NCBI GenBank assembly: GCA_963815195.1
Contig: CAWFGE010000013.1
Coordinates: 1,149,031 to 1,213,030 of the forward strand
Direction of reading: 5' to 3'
Length of the DNA: 64,000 bases
DNA from: an uncultured Planctomycetaceae bacterium
Lineage (GTDB): Bacteria; Planctomycetota; Planctomycetia; Planctomycetales; Planctomycetaceae
Shown here: piece after piece, positions 1 to 11,800 of the stretch
Numbering within the stretch: the stretch's first letter is position 1
How the letters are laid out: each line of letters opens with the position of its first letter
Notes under the pieces: model-generated
What the model was told of the DNA's origin: nothing
The model's input: only the letters and a program-made list of their open reading frames with translations
Databases searched by the model: none
Translations under genes and position numbers: made by a program

Positions 1-2
1 TC

Positions 3-311
3 GCGTACGAGTCCGCGTTTCCCGTGCGGTGGTTGATCCAAGATCAGATCGCAGGCAATGCCAAGCGGAATGACAACGCCGAGGGCGGCGCGAAAGCGGT
101 CAAAGCGCCGCTGTTGTTGTGGGGGCCGTATTTGTGGGCCGACGGCGTGACGCCGCGGAAAAGCGACGGGCTCGTCTGGAAGCGGGAAGACCTGGGTCCC
201 GACGGCACGCATCCGTCCCAATCCGGCCGCAATAAAGTCGCCGGGATGCTTCTCAAATTCTTCAAAGAAGACCCGCTCGCCAAAAGCTGGTTCGTCGGGT
301 CGGGGAAATGA
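3..311 (+). CDS. 3' part of a hypothetical protein (SGNH-hydrolase-like C-terminus), runs off the window start
   Basis: Open frame from position 3; WGPYLWADG...DGTHP (DxxHP) motif. Confidence 0.6.
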   Translation, partial: AYESAFPVRWLIQDQIAGNAKRNDNAEGGAKAVKAPLLLWGPYLWADGVTPRKSDGLVWKREDLGPDGTHPSQSGRNKVAGMLLKFFKEDPLAKSWFVGSGK

Positions 312-1019
312 TTATTTCCGCCGCAGGACGAGATACCACATCGGCGAGAGGCCCCGCATCACCGCCAGGCGGGAGACGACTTCCAGGCCGGCCCGGTCCG
401 CCTCTTCTTGAATCGAGCGGAGGGGGATGGGGATCCGGTCCGTGGGCGTGGTGCCGCGCCACATGTGTTTGAGCCGGAATTTCACCGCATCGACGGCGAA
501 GGAGTTGAAGAACGAAACGATCGCCGCGCCCCGGCAAATCCGCCGCAGTTCGCAAAAGGCCGCGAACCGGGTTTCGGGTTCGTTGAAGTGATGGAACAGC
601 CGGTTGCAGATCACGCCGTCGAACTGCCCATCGTCGTAGCTTGTCGCGAGGACTTGCTCGACGTGGAACTGCACCGGGACCGATGCGGGCGTTGCGCCTT
701 CCGATTGATCGTTCCAACGGCGCTCCGCCAAGGCGAGCATGTGCGGCGAAGCGTCGGCGGCGGTCACTTGAAACCCCGCACCGACGAGAAGGGAGGTCAA
801 ACGCCCCGTCCCGCAAGGCAGGTCCAGCAGCGTGCCGCCGGGCTTCACAAACCTGAGCGACTTTTGAATGCAGCGGACTTCCCGCCGTTCCCGGAAGGAG
901 TTCCCGTAAGCCGGCGGATAATCGCTGGCGACGTCTGCCTGGTCGAAGCGGGCGATGGTGCGTTCATAGGAAGCCCCCGGTTCGAGGGTTGGATCTTCCG
1001 CGGTGTGCAGTTTGGTCAC
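312..1019 (-). CDS. Class I SAM-dependent methyltransferase
   Basis: LLDLPCGTGR motif I, DASPHML, FDGVICNRLFHH. Confidence 0.85.
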   Translation of the reverse strand: MTKLHTAEDPTLEPGASYERTIARFDQADVASDYPPAYGNSFRERREVRCIQKSLRFVKPGGTLLDLPCGTGRLTSLLVGAGFQVTAADASPHMLALAERRWNDQSEGATPASVPVQFHVEQVLATSYDDGQFDGVICNRLFHHFNEPETRFAAFCELRRICRGAAIVSFFNSFAVDAVKFRLKHMWRGTTPTDRIPIPLRSIQEEADRAGLEVVSRLAVMRGLSPMWYLVLRRK

Positions 1020-1040
1020 ATTGAACTCCGTTTCAAAAGA

Positions 1041-2183
1041 TTAAGGCGAGCCGGTTTGTTTCTGCGGCCGGCTCTTGTGTTGGGCCTCGTCTTCCAGGAC
1101 TTCGTGGGCCTGGAAGCGGCGGTCGTAAACATCGTAATCGCGGGCATTCACGCCCACCGAATGAAGGACCTGCGCGGTCCAGGTCGGCCAAGGCGACCAG
1201 CGGGCGCGGGGGGATTTGGTGAGGTCGATCGGCGTCCAGACGAACCACGCCAATCCCACCGCCAGGACGATCTCCGCGAGGAGGACCGGCCAACCGGAAT
1301 CCGAAGAGGCTTGCGACAGGCCGTTTCGCGCCATCGTCACCAGCCGCGTGGCCCGGCGGGCGATCATGTGCTGTCCGCGGCCGAACGCGAGTTCGACGGA
1401 TTGCGAATCCGCCTCTTCCTCGGCCCGTTCCACAATTTTTAAGAGGGACCGCAAATAATGGGCGATGTCGCTTTTGGAGGTCACTGCGGCTTCGTCGCAG
1501 GCCAGTTCCCGGCTGAGTGCCGACCGCCCCGACGACCACCACACGAGCGGATGAAACCAAAACAGCATTTCCACCAGCCGCTGCACGAACAGCGTCAGCG
1601 GATGCCCCGTCCGCAGGTGCTCCGATTCGTGCCGAACGATCAGGCGGATTTCTTCCGGTTCGAACTCCGTCAAGAACTCCGGCAGCACGATCAACGGCCG
1701 ATGCACCTGCCAGCAAAAGGGGCTGCTCAGCCGGCGGCTCGTCAGGAATTCCACGTCCGGCAGCGCGTCCCGGCCATTCGCCGATTCCCCGCGGAGAATC
1801 GTCAACAACTCCGGATCCTGAACCGGCCGGCAGGACTTGAGAAAGCTATGCACCCGCCACCAATGGATGAGGAACAACATCAGCGAACACACGGCCCCCG
1901 CGGCCCAGACCACGAACAGCACAAGACCCAGCCGATCTTGCCAAAGCGTGATTTCGAGGTTCAGGGACGAATCCACCGTCAACCACGCATGCAGCGGCCG
2001 AAAGCGGGGCAGCAAAACGGCCCGGAGCGCGAGGGCCAGGATCAGGAAATGGCAGCCGGCCCAGACGCGGCTCTTGACGGCTTCGCGGTTCACGAACCGG
2101 GCCAGGCCGTGGGCCAAGATCACCAGGAGCGCCACCTGGATCGACAACGAAACGAAGATCTCCAGAAACTCCGGCCTGCTCAT
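1041..2183 (-). CDS. M56 family (BlaR1/MecR1-like) metallopeptidase
   Basis: Start MSRPEFL overlaps the blaI stop; HESEH zinc motif, WFHPLVW, RELACDE; N-terminal TM segments. Confidence 0.88.
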   Translation of the reverse strand: MSRPEFLEIFVSLSIQVALLVILAHGLARFVNREAVKSRVWAGCHFLILALALRAVLLPRFRPLHAWLTVDSSLNLEITLWQDRLGLVLFVVWAAGAVCSLMLFLIHWWRVHSFLKSCRPVQDPELLTILRGESANGRDALPDVEFLTSRRLSSPFCWQVHRPLIVLPEFLTEFEPEEIRLIVRHESEHLRTGHPLTLFVQRLVEMLFWFHPLVWWSSGRSALSRELACDEAAVTSKSDIAHYLRSLLKIVERAEEEADSQSVELAFGRGQHMIARRATRLVTMARNGLSQASSDSGWPVLLAEIVLAVGLAWFVWTPIDLTKSPRARWSPWPTWTAQVLHSVGVNARDYDVYDRRFQAHEVLEDEAQHKSRPQKQTGSP

Positions 2184-2554
2184 TCGTCGGCCTCCAGTTC
2201 GTCGATGGCCTGCTTGAGTTCCTCGATGTCTTCTTTGGTGAGACGTTCCCCTTGGAGCAGGTTCAGCACCAGCGACTTCGCCGACCCGCCGAAGAGCCGC
2301 TCTTTGAGTTCCAGGGACATGCTTCGCGAGACGTCCTCGCGCGAGACGGTCGGTTCGTAGACGTAAGCCCGGCCGCGTTTTTCCGCCCGGACGACGCCTC
2401 GCTTCGATCGCAGAATGCGGAGGGTGGTCATTACGGTCGTGTAAGCCAGGGGGCGCTCGAGGCCGTCCACCACGTCCTGGACCGTCGCCCGGCCGAGCTG
2501 CCAGACCACGTCCATGACCTCCATTTCGCATTTTGTCAGATGGTATTCCGTCAT
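2180..2554 (-). CDS. BlaI/MecI/CopY family transcriptional repressor
   Basis: LTKCEMEVMDVVW, LAYTTVMTTL, RAYVYEP, LFGGS motifs; coupled to the M56 gene. Confidence 0.92.
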   Translation of the reverse strand: MTEYHLTKCEMEVMDVVWQLGRATVQDVVDGLERPLAYTTVMTTLRILRSKRGVVRAEKRGRAYVYEPTVSREDVSRSMSLELKERLFGGSAKSLVLNLLQGERLTKEDIEELKQAIDELEADE

Positions 2555-2605
2555 TGTGCAAGTTCTCTCAATCCAAGCGTCTCGCCGGCAAAAGGAAACT
2601 CTTTC

Positions 2606-2673
2606 TGAGCGGCACGGCGCTAGCCGCCGGTTGGTGGAACACGGGAAACCGGCGGCTAGCGCCGTGCCGCTCA
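2606..2673. repeat. Intergenic palindrome (REP-like), 27-bp perfect arms
   Basis: TGAGCGGCACGGCGCTAGCCGCCGGTT ... AACCGGCGGCTAGCGCCGTGCCGCTCA. Confidence 0.85.
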
Positions 2674-2692
2674 GTAATTGTTGGAACGATCC

Positions 2693-3599
2693 TTACCGGC
2701 TCTGCCGCCGAGCCAGCGTCTGGTACTCCAAGGAACCGATGGTTTCAGAGATCAGGCTGACGCGGCCGTCGCCCCACAGAAAATTCGCCCCGCCGGGATG
2801 CCGGCTGCTGAATTCGCACTCGTCGCACCAGCCGCAATTCGGACCGGTGAAAGCATTGCCCACGACTCGGCACAGGGCATCTTCGCCCCGGCGATCGACC
2901 CCCAGCCATGTGGACGGAACGCGGGCCATCGTGCGCTCGCCGACGAACAGGCTGTTGCTGAGCCCGCGGGTCATGTCGGCAAACCGCACGCGGCGGGCTT
3001 CCACGAAAGCCCCTTCCCCGGTCGCGGCCAGGGTTTCATCATCATCCGGCTCGCTGACGCCGAAAACGCCGACATAGTTCGCCGACGGCAATTCCACCAG
3101 CGGTCCGACCGCCTGGCCCGCATCGTCGACTTCATAAAGCGTAAACTGCGCCAGCGTGATGTCCGAGGGACAGAGGAACAAACCGAGCGACGTTTGCCGG
3201 CTAAAAGCATTGGCCGGATCGGCGATCGGGCGGTTCCGGTCGACCTGCCGAAACACCGCCGTCTGATCCAAAAACGACAGCAAAGGCACGCCCCAACCGT
3301 ATGCGGATTGACGCTGCGATTCCCACTGCCAACCCGGCGGCAGGCAGTTGTGCTGGTCGTGATAATTGTGGAGAGCCAGGCCCAGTTGCTTGAGCTGATT
3401 GGTGCATTGAATCTTCCGGGCCGCCTCGCGCCGAAAACAAAGCCGGCAACACCAGCGCCACCAACACCCCGATAATGCCCACGCACACCAAAAGTTCGAG
3501 TATCGTAAACCCCGCACGCGCCCCATGTTTCAGGGCGCAATGTTCCGGTTGGGGAAATCGACGGGGGCATCGGATGTGACATCCCGTGCGGCAATTCAT
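2693..3599 (-). CDS. DUF1559 prepilin-type N-terminal / H-X9-DG protein, frameshifted near 3430
   Basis: [24 protein letters not shown] in one frame; [23 protein letters not shown]...[12 protein letters not shown] in another. Confidence 0.85.
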
Positions 3600-3749
3600 C
3601 CGCGGACTCCTTTCCGGCAAGGACTCGAAAATCTGGCGGGAATGCTATGAAGTCTTTAGTACTTCGTCAAGATGAGTCGCAAACTCCCCAAAGGGCTTTT
3701 GTGTTTTGTGTTGGTATGCCGCGAAGCCGGCGGGCCAGTGGGGGGAGCA

Positions 3750-4904
3750 TCAGCATCCAGACGCCTCCCGCTCCGTTGTCATTGCGGGGATCGGCAGCGG
3801 CGGGTGCTTTTGGTGCAGGAACCACTGATTCAATACGACGTGCTTCGCGAACCACCGGGTGGCCAGGGTTTTTGACGCGAGCCAATGCAGCCACGCGGCG
3901 GGAAGCCAGCCGGCGAGATCGCCCGAGCGCGGCTTACCGAACCGCTCGAGAATTTGCGTCTGATAGCCGGCCAGGTTCTCCCGGCGGTAATCTCCCTCGG
4001 CGTTTTGCACGACCTCGGCGGCGATCAGGCCGGATTCCACGGCGGGCCGGATGCCTTCGCCGCTTTGCGGATAAGCCAGCCCCGCGGCATCGCCGATGAG
4101 CAGCACGCCCTCATCGAACAACAGCGGCTGTCTTCGCTCGTAGAGTTTGTACGCATGCCCTGAGAACTTGGGCGGGATCTCGCAGGCAACTTTGTTCCGC
4201 GCGCGGAGAAAATCGCAGAACTCCTCCACGTGCTTGGGAAGTTGATGGGAGTCCAACCGCCCCAAGCCGATGTTGAGGTAATCCCCTTTCCGAAAACACC
4301 ACCCGTAGCCTTTGAGGTCCGGGCAGAAGAACAATTCCGGCGTTTCGGCCTGGACGGTGCCCGCGCGGAGGTCCTCCGCGGCGGCGGCGAACTCGACTTC
4401 CCGCGCGAGGACGACCGACGCGGCGGCATCCCGAGACCCGTCCAAGTGCCGGGCCACCGGACAAAAATGTCCGCCCGCGCCGATCAACAGCGGCGTGCGG
4501 TAGCGGCCGTTGACGACCCAGTTTTTTCCTTCCCGCCGGAGGTCCTGGACCGCCTCGCCGAGCCGGCATTCGACGCCTGCCCGGCGGAGCAAATAGGCGT
4601 CGAACTCGCAGCGGCGGATGCCGAAGCTCACGGGCTTGGAATACGGAATCTCGACTTCCCCGCCGCCGATGACGCCGGTGCGAAATCCGAGAATCGGCTG
4701 CCAGACCCGGCCTTGGGAGTATTCGCCGGGATCGAGTTCCAACTCTTCCACGACTTGGGGCGTGATCCAACCGGCGCAGGGTTTGTTGCGGGGAAACGAG
4801 GCTTTGTCGAGAAGCAGCGCTTTCCATCCCGCGCGCTTCAGTCTTCCCGCGCACGTCGAACCGGCCGGGCCGCCGCCGATGATGAGAACGTCGTATGCAT
4901 CCAT
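3750..4904 (-). CDS. FAD-dependent oxidoreductase, geranylgeranyl-reductase-like family
   Basis: DVLIIGGGPAGS, FPRNKPCAG, GYGWCF, IGDAAGLAYPQSGEGIRPA. Confidence 0.88.
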   Translation of the reverse strand: MDAYDVLIIGGGPAGSTCAGRLKRAGWKALLLDKASFPRNKPCAGWITPQVVEELELDPGEYSQGRVWQPILGFRTGVIGGGEVEIPYSKPVSFGIRRCEFDAYLLRRAGVECRLGEAVQDLRREGKNWVVNGRYRTPLLIGAGGHFCPVARHLDGSRDAAASVVLAREVEFAAAAEDLRAGTVQAETPELFFCPDLKGYGWCFRKGDYLNIGLGRLDSHQLPKHVEEFCDFLRARNKVACEIPPKFSGHAYKLYERRQPLLFDEGVLLIGDAAGLAYPQSGEGIRPAVESGLIAAEVVQNAEGDYRRENLAGYQTQILERFGKPRSGDLAGWLPAAWLHWLASKTLATRWFAKHVVLNQWFLHQKHPPLPIPAMTTEREASGC

Positions 4905-5105
4905 CGTGGGCTTCTCTTTGTGGTTCTTCCGGATAGTCAGGGGGAACGACGACCGTGTTAAAGAATTCCTTGTCCGCGCTCTTTCACCTTCCCGTGGGGA
5001 GGTAAGATCCGTGGTTGATCGACACACAAAAAGATCATCAGCGTCCGCCCACCGATTCGCCGGAAGAGCCCTCTTTGTTTGGAATCGTGCCAGTTCGCGT
5101 CCGAA

Positions 5106-6469
5106 TCACGCGGGGCGGCCGTTGCCGTTGGACGACGGGCCGCCGCGTCCCTCCGGGTGATCGAGATACATAGACTCCCGCGTCCAAGGGATTTCATTGT
5201 TGGGTCCGCGGGTAAACAGGACCTGAAACAATTGCAGGCCGCCGGTTTCGAACGCGGCAATCGATCCCGAAAGGTACAACCGCCAAATCCGCACAAACCG
5301 CTCGTCGAACATCCCGCGGACTTTGTCTTCCGGCGCGCGAAGCGCTCGAGCCAATGCCGGAGCGTGAGCGCGTAATGCAGCCGGAGGTTCTCCACGTCGA
5401 GGACGGAAAAGTTTCTCGGCTCGAACACAGGCATCATCTGGCCCAAGGTCGGCGGGCAGGCTCCGGGAAAGATGCGCCGCTCGATCCAGGGGTTCAATCG
5501 CTGGGCGAAGTTCTGGCCGATGGAGTGGATGAGCCCGAAGCCTTCGGGCCTCAGGCAGCGGTGCACCACGTCGCCCAATTGCTCATAATTCTTGAGCCCC
5601 ACGTGTTCCAGCATGCCCACGGAGACGAACACGTCGCAGGACTGGTCCATCGTGCGCCAATCGTCTTCGATAAACTCCACCCGCTGCTCCAATCCCCTTC
5701 GGCGGGCCTCTTCGCGGGCGTATTGGATCTGCTCGCGCGAGATGTTAAACGCCTTCACCGTCGCGCCGTAATGCTCGGCCATGTGGAGCGCGAAGGCTCC
5801 CCATCCGCAGCCGGCTTCCAGCACCCTCTGCCCGGATCGCAGGCGAAGCTTTCGGCAGATGTGGTCCATCTTGGCGAGCTGGGCGGATTCGAGAGTCAAA
5901 TTCGGTTTGGGAAAATACGCGCAGGTATAAAGCAGCCGCTCGTCCAGCCAAAGCCGGTAGAAGTCGTTCCCGATGTCATAATGGTGCCGGATGTTCTCGC
6001 GGGACCGCGCCGCCGTGGTCGCGCGGGGCCGGCGAAAGCATCTCACGAACCGAGCCGACAGGGACCGGTACGCCCCCGGCTGGGTGAGGGCCTGGTAAAC
6101 CATGACCAAGAGTTCCGTCAGGTCTCCATCGACTTCGATCCGGCCGTCGGTATAGGCTTCGCCGAATTCGTAGACGGGATCGATCACCAGTTTCCAGAGC
6201 GTGACGCGGTCGCGAATCCGCAGCCTAATGGCCGATGACGTTCCGGCGGGGGCAATCTCCCCGTGCCCCTCGAGCACGATCGACACCGGCGGATTGCCCA
6301 GGCGGTCGAGCAACCGCCCTAGCTTCCGCCGTTCCGGAGCGGTGAGCGAACGCTGCGCCGCGTCCGCTTCCTGCCGTTCCCAGGGGGGGGTTGCGGACTC
6401 GTCCAGTCGATCGGAATTTGCGGATGGGTTCAGATTGGGCGTCGGTGCATCTGGCATCCGGCGATTCAT
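5106..6469 (-). CDS. cfa: Cyclopropane-fatty-acyl-phospholipid synthase family methyltransferase, frameshifted near 5340
   Basis: NIRHHYDIGNDFY, YTCAYF, LEAGCGWG, SVGMLEHVG; C-terminus FDERFVRIWRLYL in an alternate frame. Confidence 0.85.
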
Positions 6470-6781
6470 GCGTTGGGCCTCCCGGAATCAACAGGGACTT
6501 CTCCATGAAAAAAATCGGGAATGGACAAGGCAAACATCGGTTGATCTTCCGCTCGTGCTCCTCGATCCAAAGGTGATCAATCAACGGAAATCATATCCAC
6601 TAAAGCAGAAACGCCGCTGATTATCCAGAAAAATCCGCCGGCCGGCCAAGTCAAGGGAAATTTCGCCCCCCTAGCTCGGGTTGGAAGAAAGCGGAAAACG
6701 GTGCGATCATCAACCGGAAGGCGCGAGTTCTGCGTCAAACCAAAAACTTGGAGTTGGAAAAAATAACTTGGGGTTGGAAAA

Positions 6782-6873
6782 ATTAGCCGCAGGGCGCTAG
6801 CCCCGGTTCACCTGAAGAACCGGGCGCGAGTGAACGATCACCGCAAAACCGGGGCGAGCGCCCGGCGGCTAAT
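6782..6873. repeat. Intergenic imperfect palindrome (REP-like)
   Basis: ATTAGCCGCAGGGCGCTAGCCCCGGTT ... AACCGGGGCGAGCGCCCGGCGGCTAAT. Confidence 0.7.
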
Positions 6874-7008
6874 GATTTTGGGTCATCCGGCCGGAAAGCC
6901 GGCGCGGAAATTCGGAAAGCCGTGCAAACCGCGTGTGTGTTTGGTTAGAATAACAGTCGAATTGCGTCCCCTCTCTGACGAGGACCCCCTGAGACCTGTG
7001 GAGCCGAG

Positions 7009-9904
7009 ATGATGTTTGCTGTCCTTCCCCGATCTATTTGGGTGCTGCTCGCCGCTGTGATCTTGGGCGTTTCTCCCTTGGCCGCCCAAGTGCGGGTTCA
7101 AGTCGAAACGAAGGAGGCGGCTCCGGAGGAAGACATCGTCCGGCCGGCAACGGAACCGGCGCCGCCCAGGGCCTCCACGCAGCGACCGTCCCAACCGGAT
7201 TCCACGAATGCCAAGAAACCCCAAGTGGATCCCGAAAGTTTGGAAAGCATCCTCAAGCGGGCTCGCGACGTGCAATCGGAAAGGGCCCGTCTCGACAATC
7301 AGCCTGCTCCCAAACCGCCCGAGAAACCGGACCTGACGATCGTGCTCGAAAACCCGTTCCTCAGCCAGGGACGTTATCGCTCGAACAACGAATACGACCG
7401 GGCGTTCGCGGTGCGGCTGTTGATCGCCAATCCCACGGACAAGGACGTGGAACTCAAGCGGGCCGGCGTTTCGCTCACTTTGGATCAAAAGACCTACAAA
7501 GCCGAGACGAACACGAACAACTATTCCACTTCGTTTTCCGTGGGCAACAAACACTTTTCGACCAGCTCGCTTAGCATGCCGGACGTGGTGAAGATCCCGG
7601 CGGGAAAATCGGCGTCGGCGTGGGCCACGTTCGGCAAGCTGCCGATGAATCCCGCCGTCCCCGATATGAAGCTCACATTGGACCTGGGCGAAGAGAAGCG
7701 GGAAATCGACGTCAACCGGTTCTGCCGGGGGCTGTTGAAAACCAGCGTCAAACGCCTGGGCCCCAAAGATTGCCTGGCGATTCTTTCGATCGCGGGCGAT
7801 CTCAACGCGGTCAACGCGCGGTCGCTGGTGGAAGAACTCGACGACCTGGCCATCAAGCAGAAAGTCGCGCGGGTCATCATTCGCTGGGAGAAAGACGCCG
7901 CCCCGGTCGAATCGAATTTGATGAACTGGCTGCAGCAAGCCGCCGTCCAAGCCGGGCAACCGCGGCCCAACAATCAAAACAACAACCAGAATATCCTTTC
8001 CCATCGTGCCGATGGGCATTCGCGAATTGCATCTCACCGAGTTGCCCCAGGAGAACGGCCGGAATTCGTCGAGCGAAGCCCAATCGCGGATTCACAAGGA
8101 CACAGGCGAGGCGATCATCGCGGCTTTGAGAACCGCCTATTTGGCGCTGCCCGCGGATGAGATCGTCGACGACCTTCGGCATGAGGATCCCGTGATCCGC
8201 GCGGCGGCATTGATGGGCGGGGGCGGGCGACTGCCTCCCGACAAACTGCCCGTGCTCTTGGAGTTCGTCCACAGCAAGGACCGGAACCTCGAGCGGGCGG
8301 CGATTTTCGCGATGCGGAACTTCGGCGAAGAGAACGCCATCCAAACCCTCGTCGAACTCATCCAAAAGAACGAGAAACCCCGCTGCACCGAGGCGGCGGA
8401 AAGCCTCGCGACCTCGCGGTTCGCCGCCGCGTCGGAAGCGCTTCTGGACCTCTTGAAATCGGCGAAGCCCGAAGTCAAAACCAACATCGTCGAGGTACTC
8501 GCCAAATATCCCCGCCCCGTCTGGGCCGAGACGATCGCCGAGTACGCCCGGCATCCCGAAACGCCCATCGGCATGGCGTCCCTGCGGGCACTCGTCCGCA
8601 TCGGGCATCCCGAACTGCCGTCGCTTTTAAGGAAAGCCTTGGAGCAACAGGACGAGCAGATCCAGGTGGAGGCCTTCAACATCCTCGCAGCGCGGAACGA
8701 TACGGACAGCGAACGCCTCGCCGTGGACTACATGCTCAAATACCTCCGCAACAAACCGCCCATCGGACAGATGCCGAACCTCATCAACCGCACCAAGGAT
8801 CCCCGCACGATCCCGCTGTTGATCCGGCAGTATCAAAGCAAAATGGGCAACCGGTACACGATCATCAATACCCTGTCCTTGATCGGGGATCAATCGGTGG
8901 TCGATCTCCTGGTCTCGGATTATCCAAAGCTCAACAACAACGAGAAACGGGCCGTGCTGCAAGGTCTCCAGCAGTTGCATTCTCCGGAGTTTCTCCGGCT
9001 CGCCGCGGAAGCGCTTTCGATCGACGATTCCTCGCTGGTCAATACCGCCTCTGACGGGCTTTACAAGCAAGGCAGCCTCGAGGCCGAGCGGGTGTTGATC
9101 GAAGGTCTGAAGAAAGAGGCCAAGCATTCCCGCTGGAGCTACCTTTGCAACGCCTTGGTGAACTTCGGCACGCCAGAGGCCCGCGAAGCCCTCCGCGAAG
9201 CCCGCAGCTCGAGCAATGCCAACAAAAAGTCCTCGGCGATCAATGCGCTCAGGTCGCTGCAGCAGCGATCTCCGGGCAATCAATACATCTACCAGGCCCG
9301 GAATTTCGTCCAGCAGAAAAAGTGGGACGAGGCGATCAAGTATTACAACCTCTCCATCGAAGCCGATTCCGAGTTCGCCGAAGCCTACGCCGGCCGGGGG
9401 ACCGCGTATCTCAATATGAACAAGCCCAAAGAAGCTCGCGCGGATTTCGACCGGGCGGTAAAGGCCGACCCCGAAAATTCCCAAGGCCAGACCGGGAAAG
9501 CGATTATGATGGTCCTGGACGGGCAGATCGAAGAGGGCGTGAAGTACGCGGAGGCGACGCGCACGAAGCTGGAAAAGCTCACCGGCACCAACCCTATGCT
9601 GATCTACAACACCGCCTGCGTTTACGGGCGGGCCGTGGGCCAACTCGCCAAGGAGCCGGAAGGTAAGCAACGCGACGAGAAGTTAAAGAAGTATCAAACC
9701 AAGGCCGTCGCCATCCTGGACGAAGCGATCAAAAACCGCTTCAGCGATTTCAACCTGATGAAGAGCGACCCGGACCTCAAGCCGCTGGCCAAGCTGCCGG
9801 AGTTCCAAAAACTCTTGCCCGACGCCAAAAAGCCCGACCCCAACCGCAAACGCCCCAACCTGAATGTTCAAGAAAGGCCCGCTTTCGCCCCCGGGGTGTT
9901 TTAA
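7009..9904 (+). CDS. Secreted HEAT-repeat/TPR protein, frameshifted near 7995
   Basis: Signal peptide at 7009; HEAT-like repeats (DPVIRAAA, NLERAAIFAM); TPRs (AEAYAGRGTAY, YNTACVYG, SDPDL). Confidence 0.75.
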
Positions 9905-10195
9905 CCGCGAGCCGGTGGTTCCTCTCTTCGGAGCGCATCTTCCGTAGCGGCGGCTTCCAGCCGGCGACTCGGAGGGCGTGGCACGTTCCTGTGCGCGGGC
10001 GCGGTCGTTGTGCTTCGCCACGCCTTTCGCTGCGCTCAGGGACCTGCCGCCCGGATTCTTGCTTGCAGGCCGCTTTTTCTTCCCGGAGCGTTGTTTTGAG
10101 GGCGGGCTTTGTTTCGCCGAGATCCCGAACCCATTATAGTACGCCCAACGGTCAGGCGGCGGCGCGGCATCTGAAAGCAACGGAGGAGTGTATTC

Positions 10196-11800
10196 TTGAT
10201 TTCCGAACCTGGTTCACCCGCGGGACGAAAATTCCTTTCGCCGGCCGGCTGGGGCAAACCCCGCCGGTCGCTGGTCCGCACGCTGGGCGGTTGGCCCCGC
10301 ATCGTCCGCTGGCTGGTGCTGTTGTTTGCGGTCTCGCTGAGTTACGATTTCGGGTTTTTCTCGGGCTTTGGGAAAGCCACGCCCGCCGTCGCTCAAAACA
10401 CATTCGCCCAGACCGAAGGCCGGGGCGAAGCCGATCTGGGCCTCGAACCCGTCGCAAAAGGAGAACAAGAGCACAGGCACGAAAACCCTGTCACGCCGGT
10501 GCTGGTCGCGATTGTGCTGATTTTGTTTCTGGCCAAAGTCGGCGGCGATTTGTTCGAGCGACTCGGAATGCCCGCGGTCTTAGGCGAATTGACCGTGGGA
10601 ATTGTTCTGGGGAACACGGCGGTGTTCAATCCCTATTTTCAAGTGCCGGAGGTGCCCAAGCACGTCGATCGGGAAATGGCCGAGCGGATCGAGCACGCCG
10701 AACCGGAAGACGTGTTCTATCAGCCGGGGGCGATCGTCAGGATCCTCGCGGAAATCGGCGTGGTCCTCTTGCTGTTCGAAGTCGGCCTCGAATCCACCGT
10801 GCACGAGATGCTCTCGGTGGGCGTCTCGTCGCTGTTGGTGGCCGTGATGGGCGTCGTGGCCCCGATGATCCTGGGCTGGTTGGCCGGCTGGCTGTTGGTG
10901 CCGGAGCTAGGGCCGGAGGTGCATGCCTTCATCGGGGCGACGTTATGCGCGACGAGCGTGGGCATCACCGCGCGTGTCTTGAAAGACCTGGGCCGGAGCA
11001 AGCAGCGCGAATCGCAGATCATCCTCGGGGCGGCGGTCATCGATGATGTCTTGGGACTCGTGATCCTCACCGTCGTTTCCGGCGTGATCAGCAGCGGGGA
11101 GTTTCATTATTACACGGTGGGCATCGTCGTTCTCAAGGCGGCCGTGTTTTTGTTCGGCGCGGTGTTTTTGGGGGCGTTCTTTTTTACGCGGCCGTTGTTC
11201 AAGTCGGCGACGTTTTTGCGGGGGCACGGGCTGTTGGTGTCGGTGTCGCTCGTGATTTGCTTCGGTTTCGCCTATCTCGCGACCCTGGTGCAGTTGGAAC
11301 CGATCGTCGGTGCTTTCGCCGCCGGCCTGATTCTGGAACGCGCCCATTACAGCGACCTCGGCGAGAAGGAAAACTACCACGAGCTCGAGGAAGCCCTCGC
11401 TCCGATCAGCGCGCTTTTGGTGCCGATCTTCTTTGTGGAAATGGGCACGCAGGTCAACCTCAACAGTTTTGCGGACACGTCCGTGTGGGGCCTGGCCGCC
11501 GCAATCACGGTGATGGCGATCCTGGGCAAGCAGGTCTGCGCTTTGGGCGTTCGCGAGAAAGGCCTGAATCGCCTCGCCGTGGGTCTGGGGATGATTCCCC
11601 GCGGCGAAGTGGGCCTGATCTTCGCGGCCGTAGGCAAAAGCCTCAGAGTGAACGGCAAACCCGTCATCGACGACAACACGTTTTCCGCCATCGTGGTGAT
11701 GGTGATAATCACCACCATGGTCACCCCGCCGCTCCTCAAATGGGCTCTCGCGCGGGACGGAGATCGGGAGACGGGAAGTGAGGGAGTGATCGAAAAATAA
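10196..11800 (+). CDS. Cation:proton antiporter (CPA2/Kef-type)
   Basis: PAVLGEL, LLFEVGLES, ATSVGIT, AAVIDDVLGL, GMIPRGEVGLI; many TM helices; start uncertain. Confidence 0.9.
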   Translation: MISEPGSPAGRKFLSPAGWGKPRRSLVRTLGGWPRIVRWLVLLFAVSLSYDFGFFSGFGKATPAVAQNTFAQTEGRGEADLGLEPVAKGEQEHRHENPVTPVLVAIVLILFLAKVGGDLFERLGMPAVLGELTVGIVLGNTAVFNPYFQVPEVPKHVDREMAERIEHAEPEDVFYQPGAIVRILAEIGVVLLLFEVGLESTVHEMLSVGVSSLLVAVMGVVAPMILGWLAGWLLVPELGPEVHAFIGATLCATSVGITARVLKDLGRSKQRESQIILGAAVIDDVLGLVILTVVSGVISSGEFHYYTVGIVVLKAAVFLFGAVFLGAFFFTRPLFKSATFLRGHGLLVSVSLVICFGFAYLATLVQLEPIVGAFAAGLILERAHYSDLGEKENYHELEEALAPISALLVPIFFVEMGTQVNLNSFADTSVWGLAAAITVMAILGKQVCALGVREKGLNRLAVGLGMIPRGEVGLIFAAVGKSLRVNGKPVIDDNTFSAIVVMVIITTMVTPPLLKWALARDGDRETGSEGVIEK

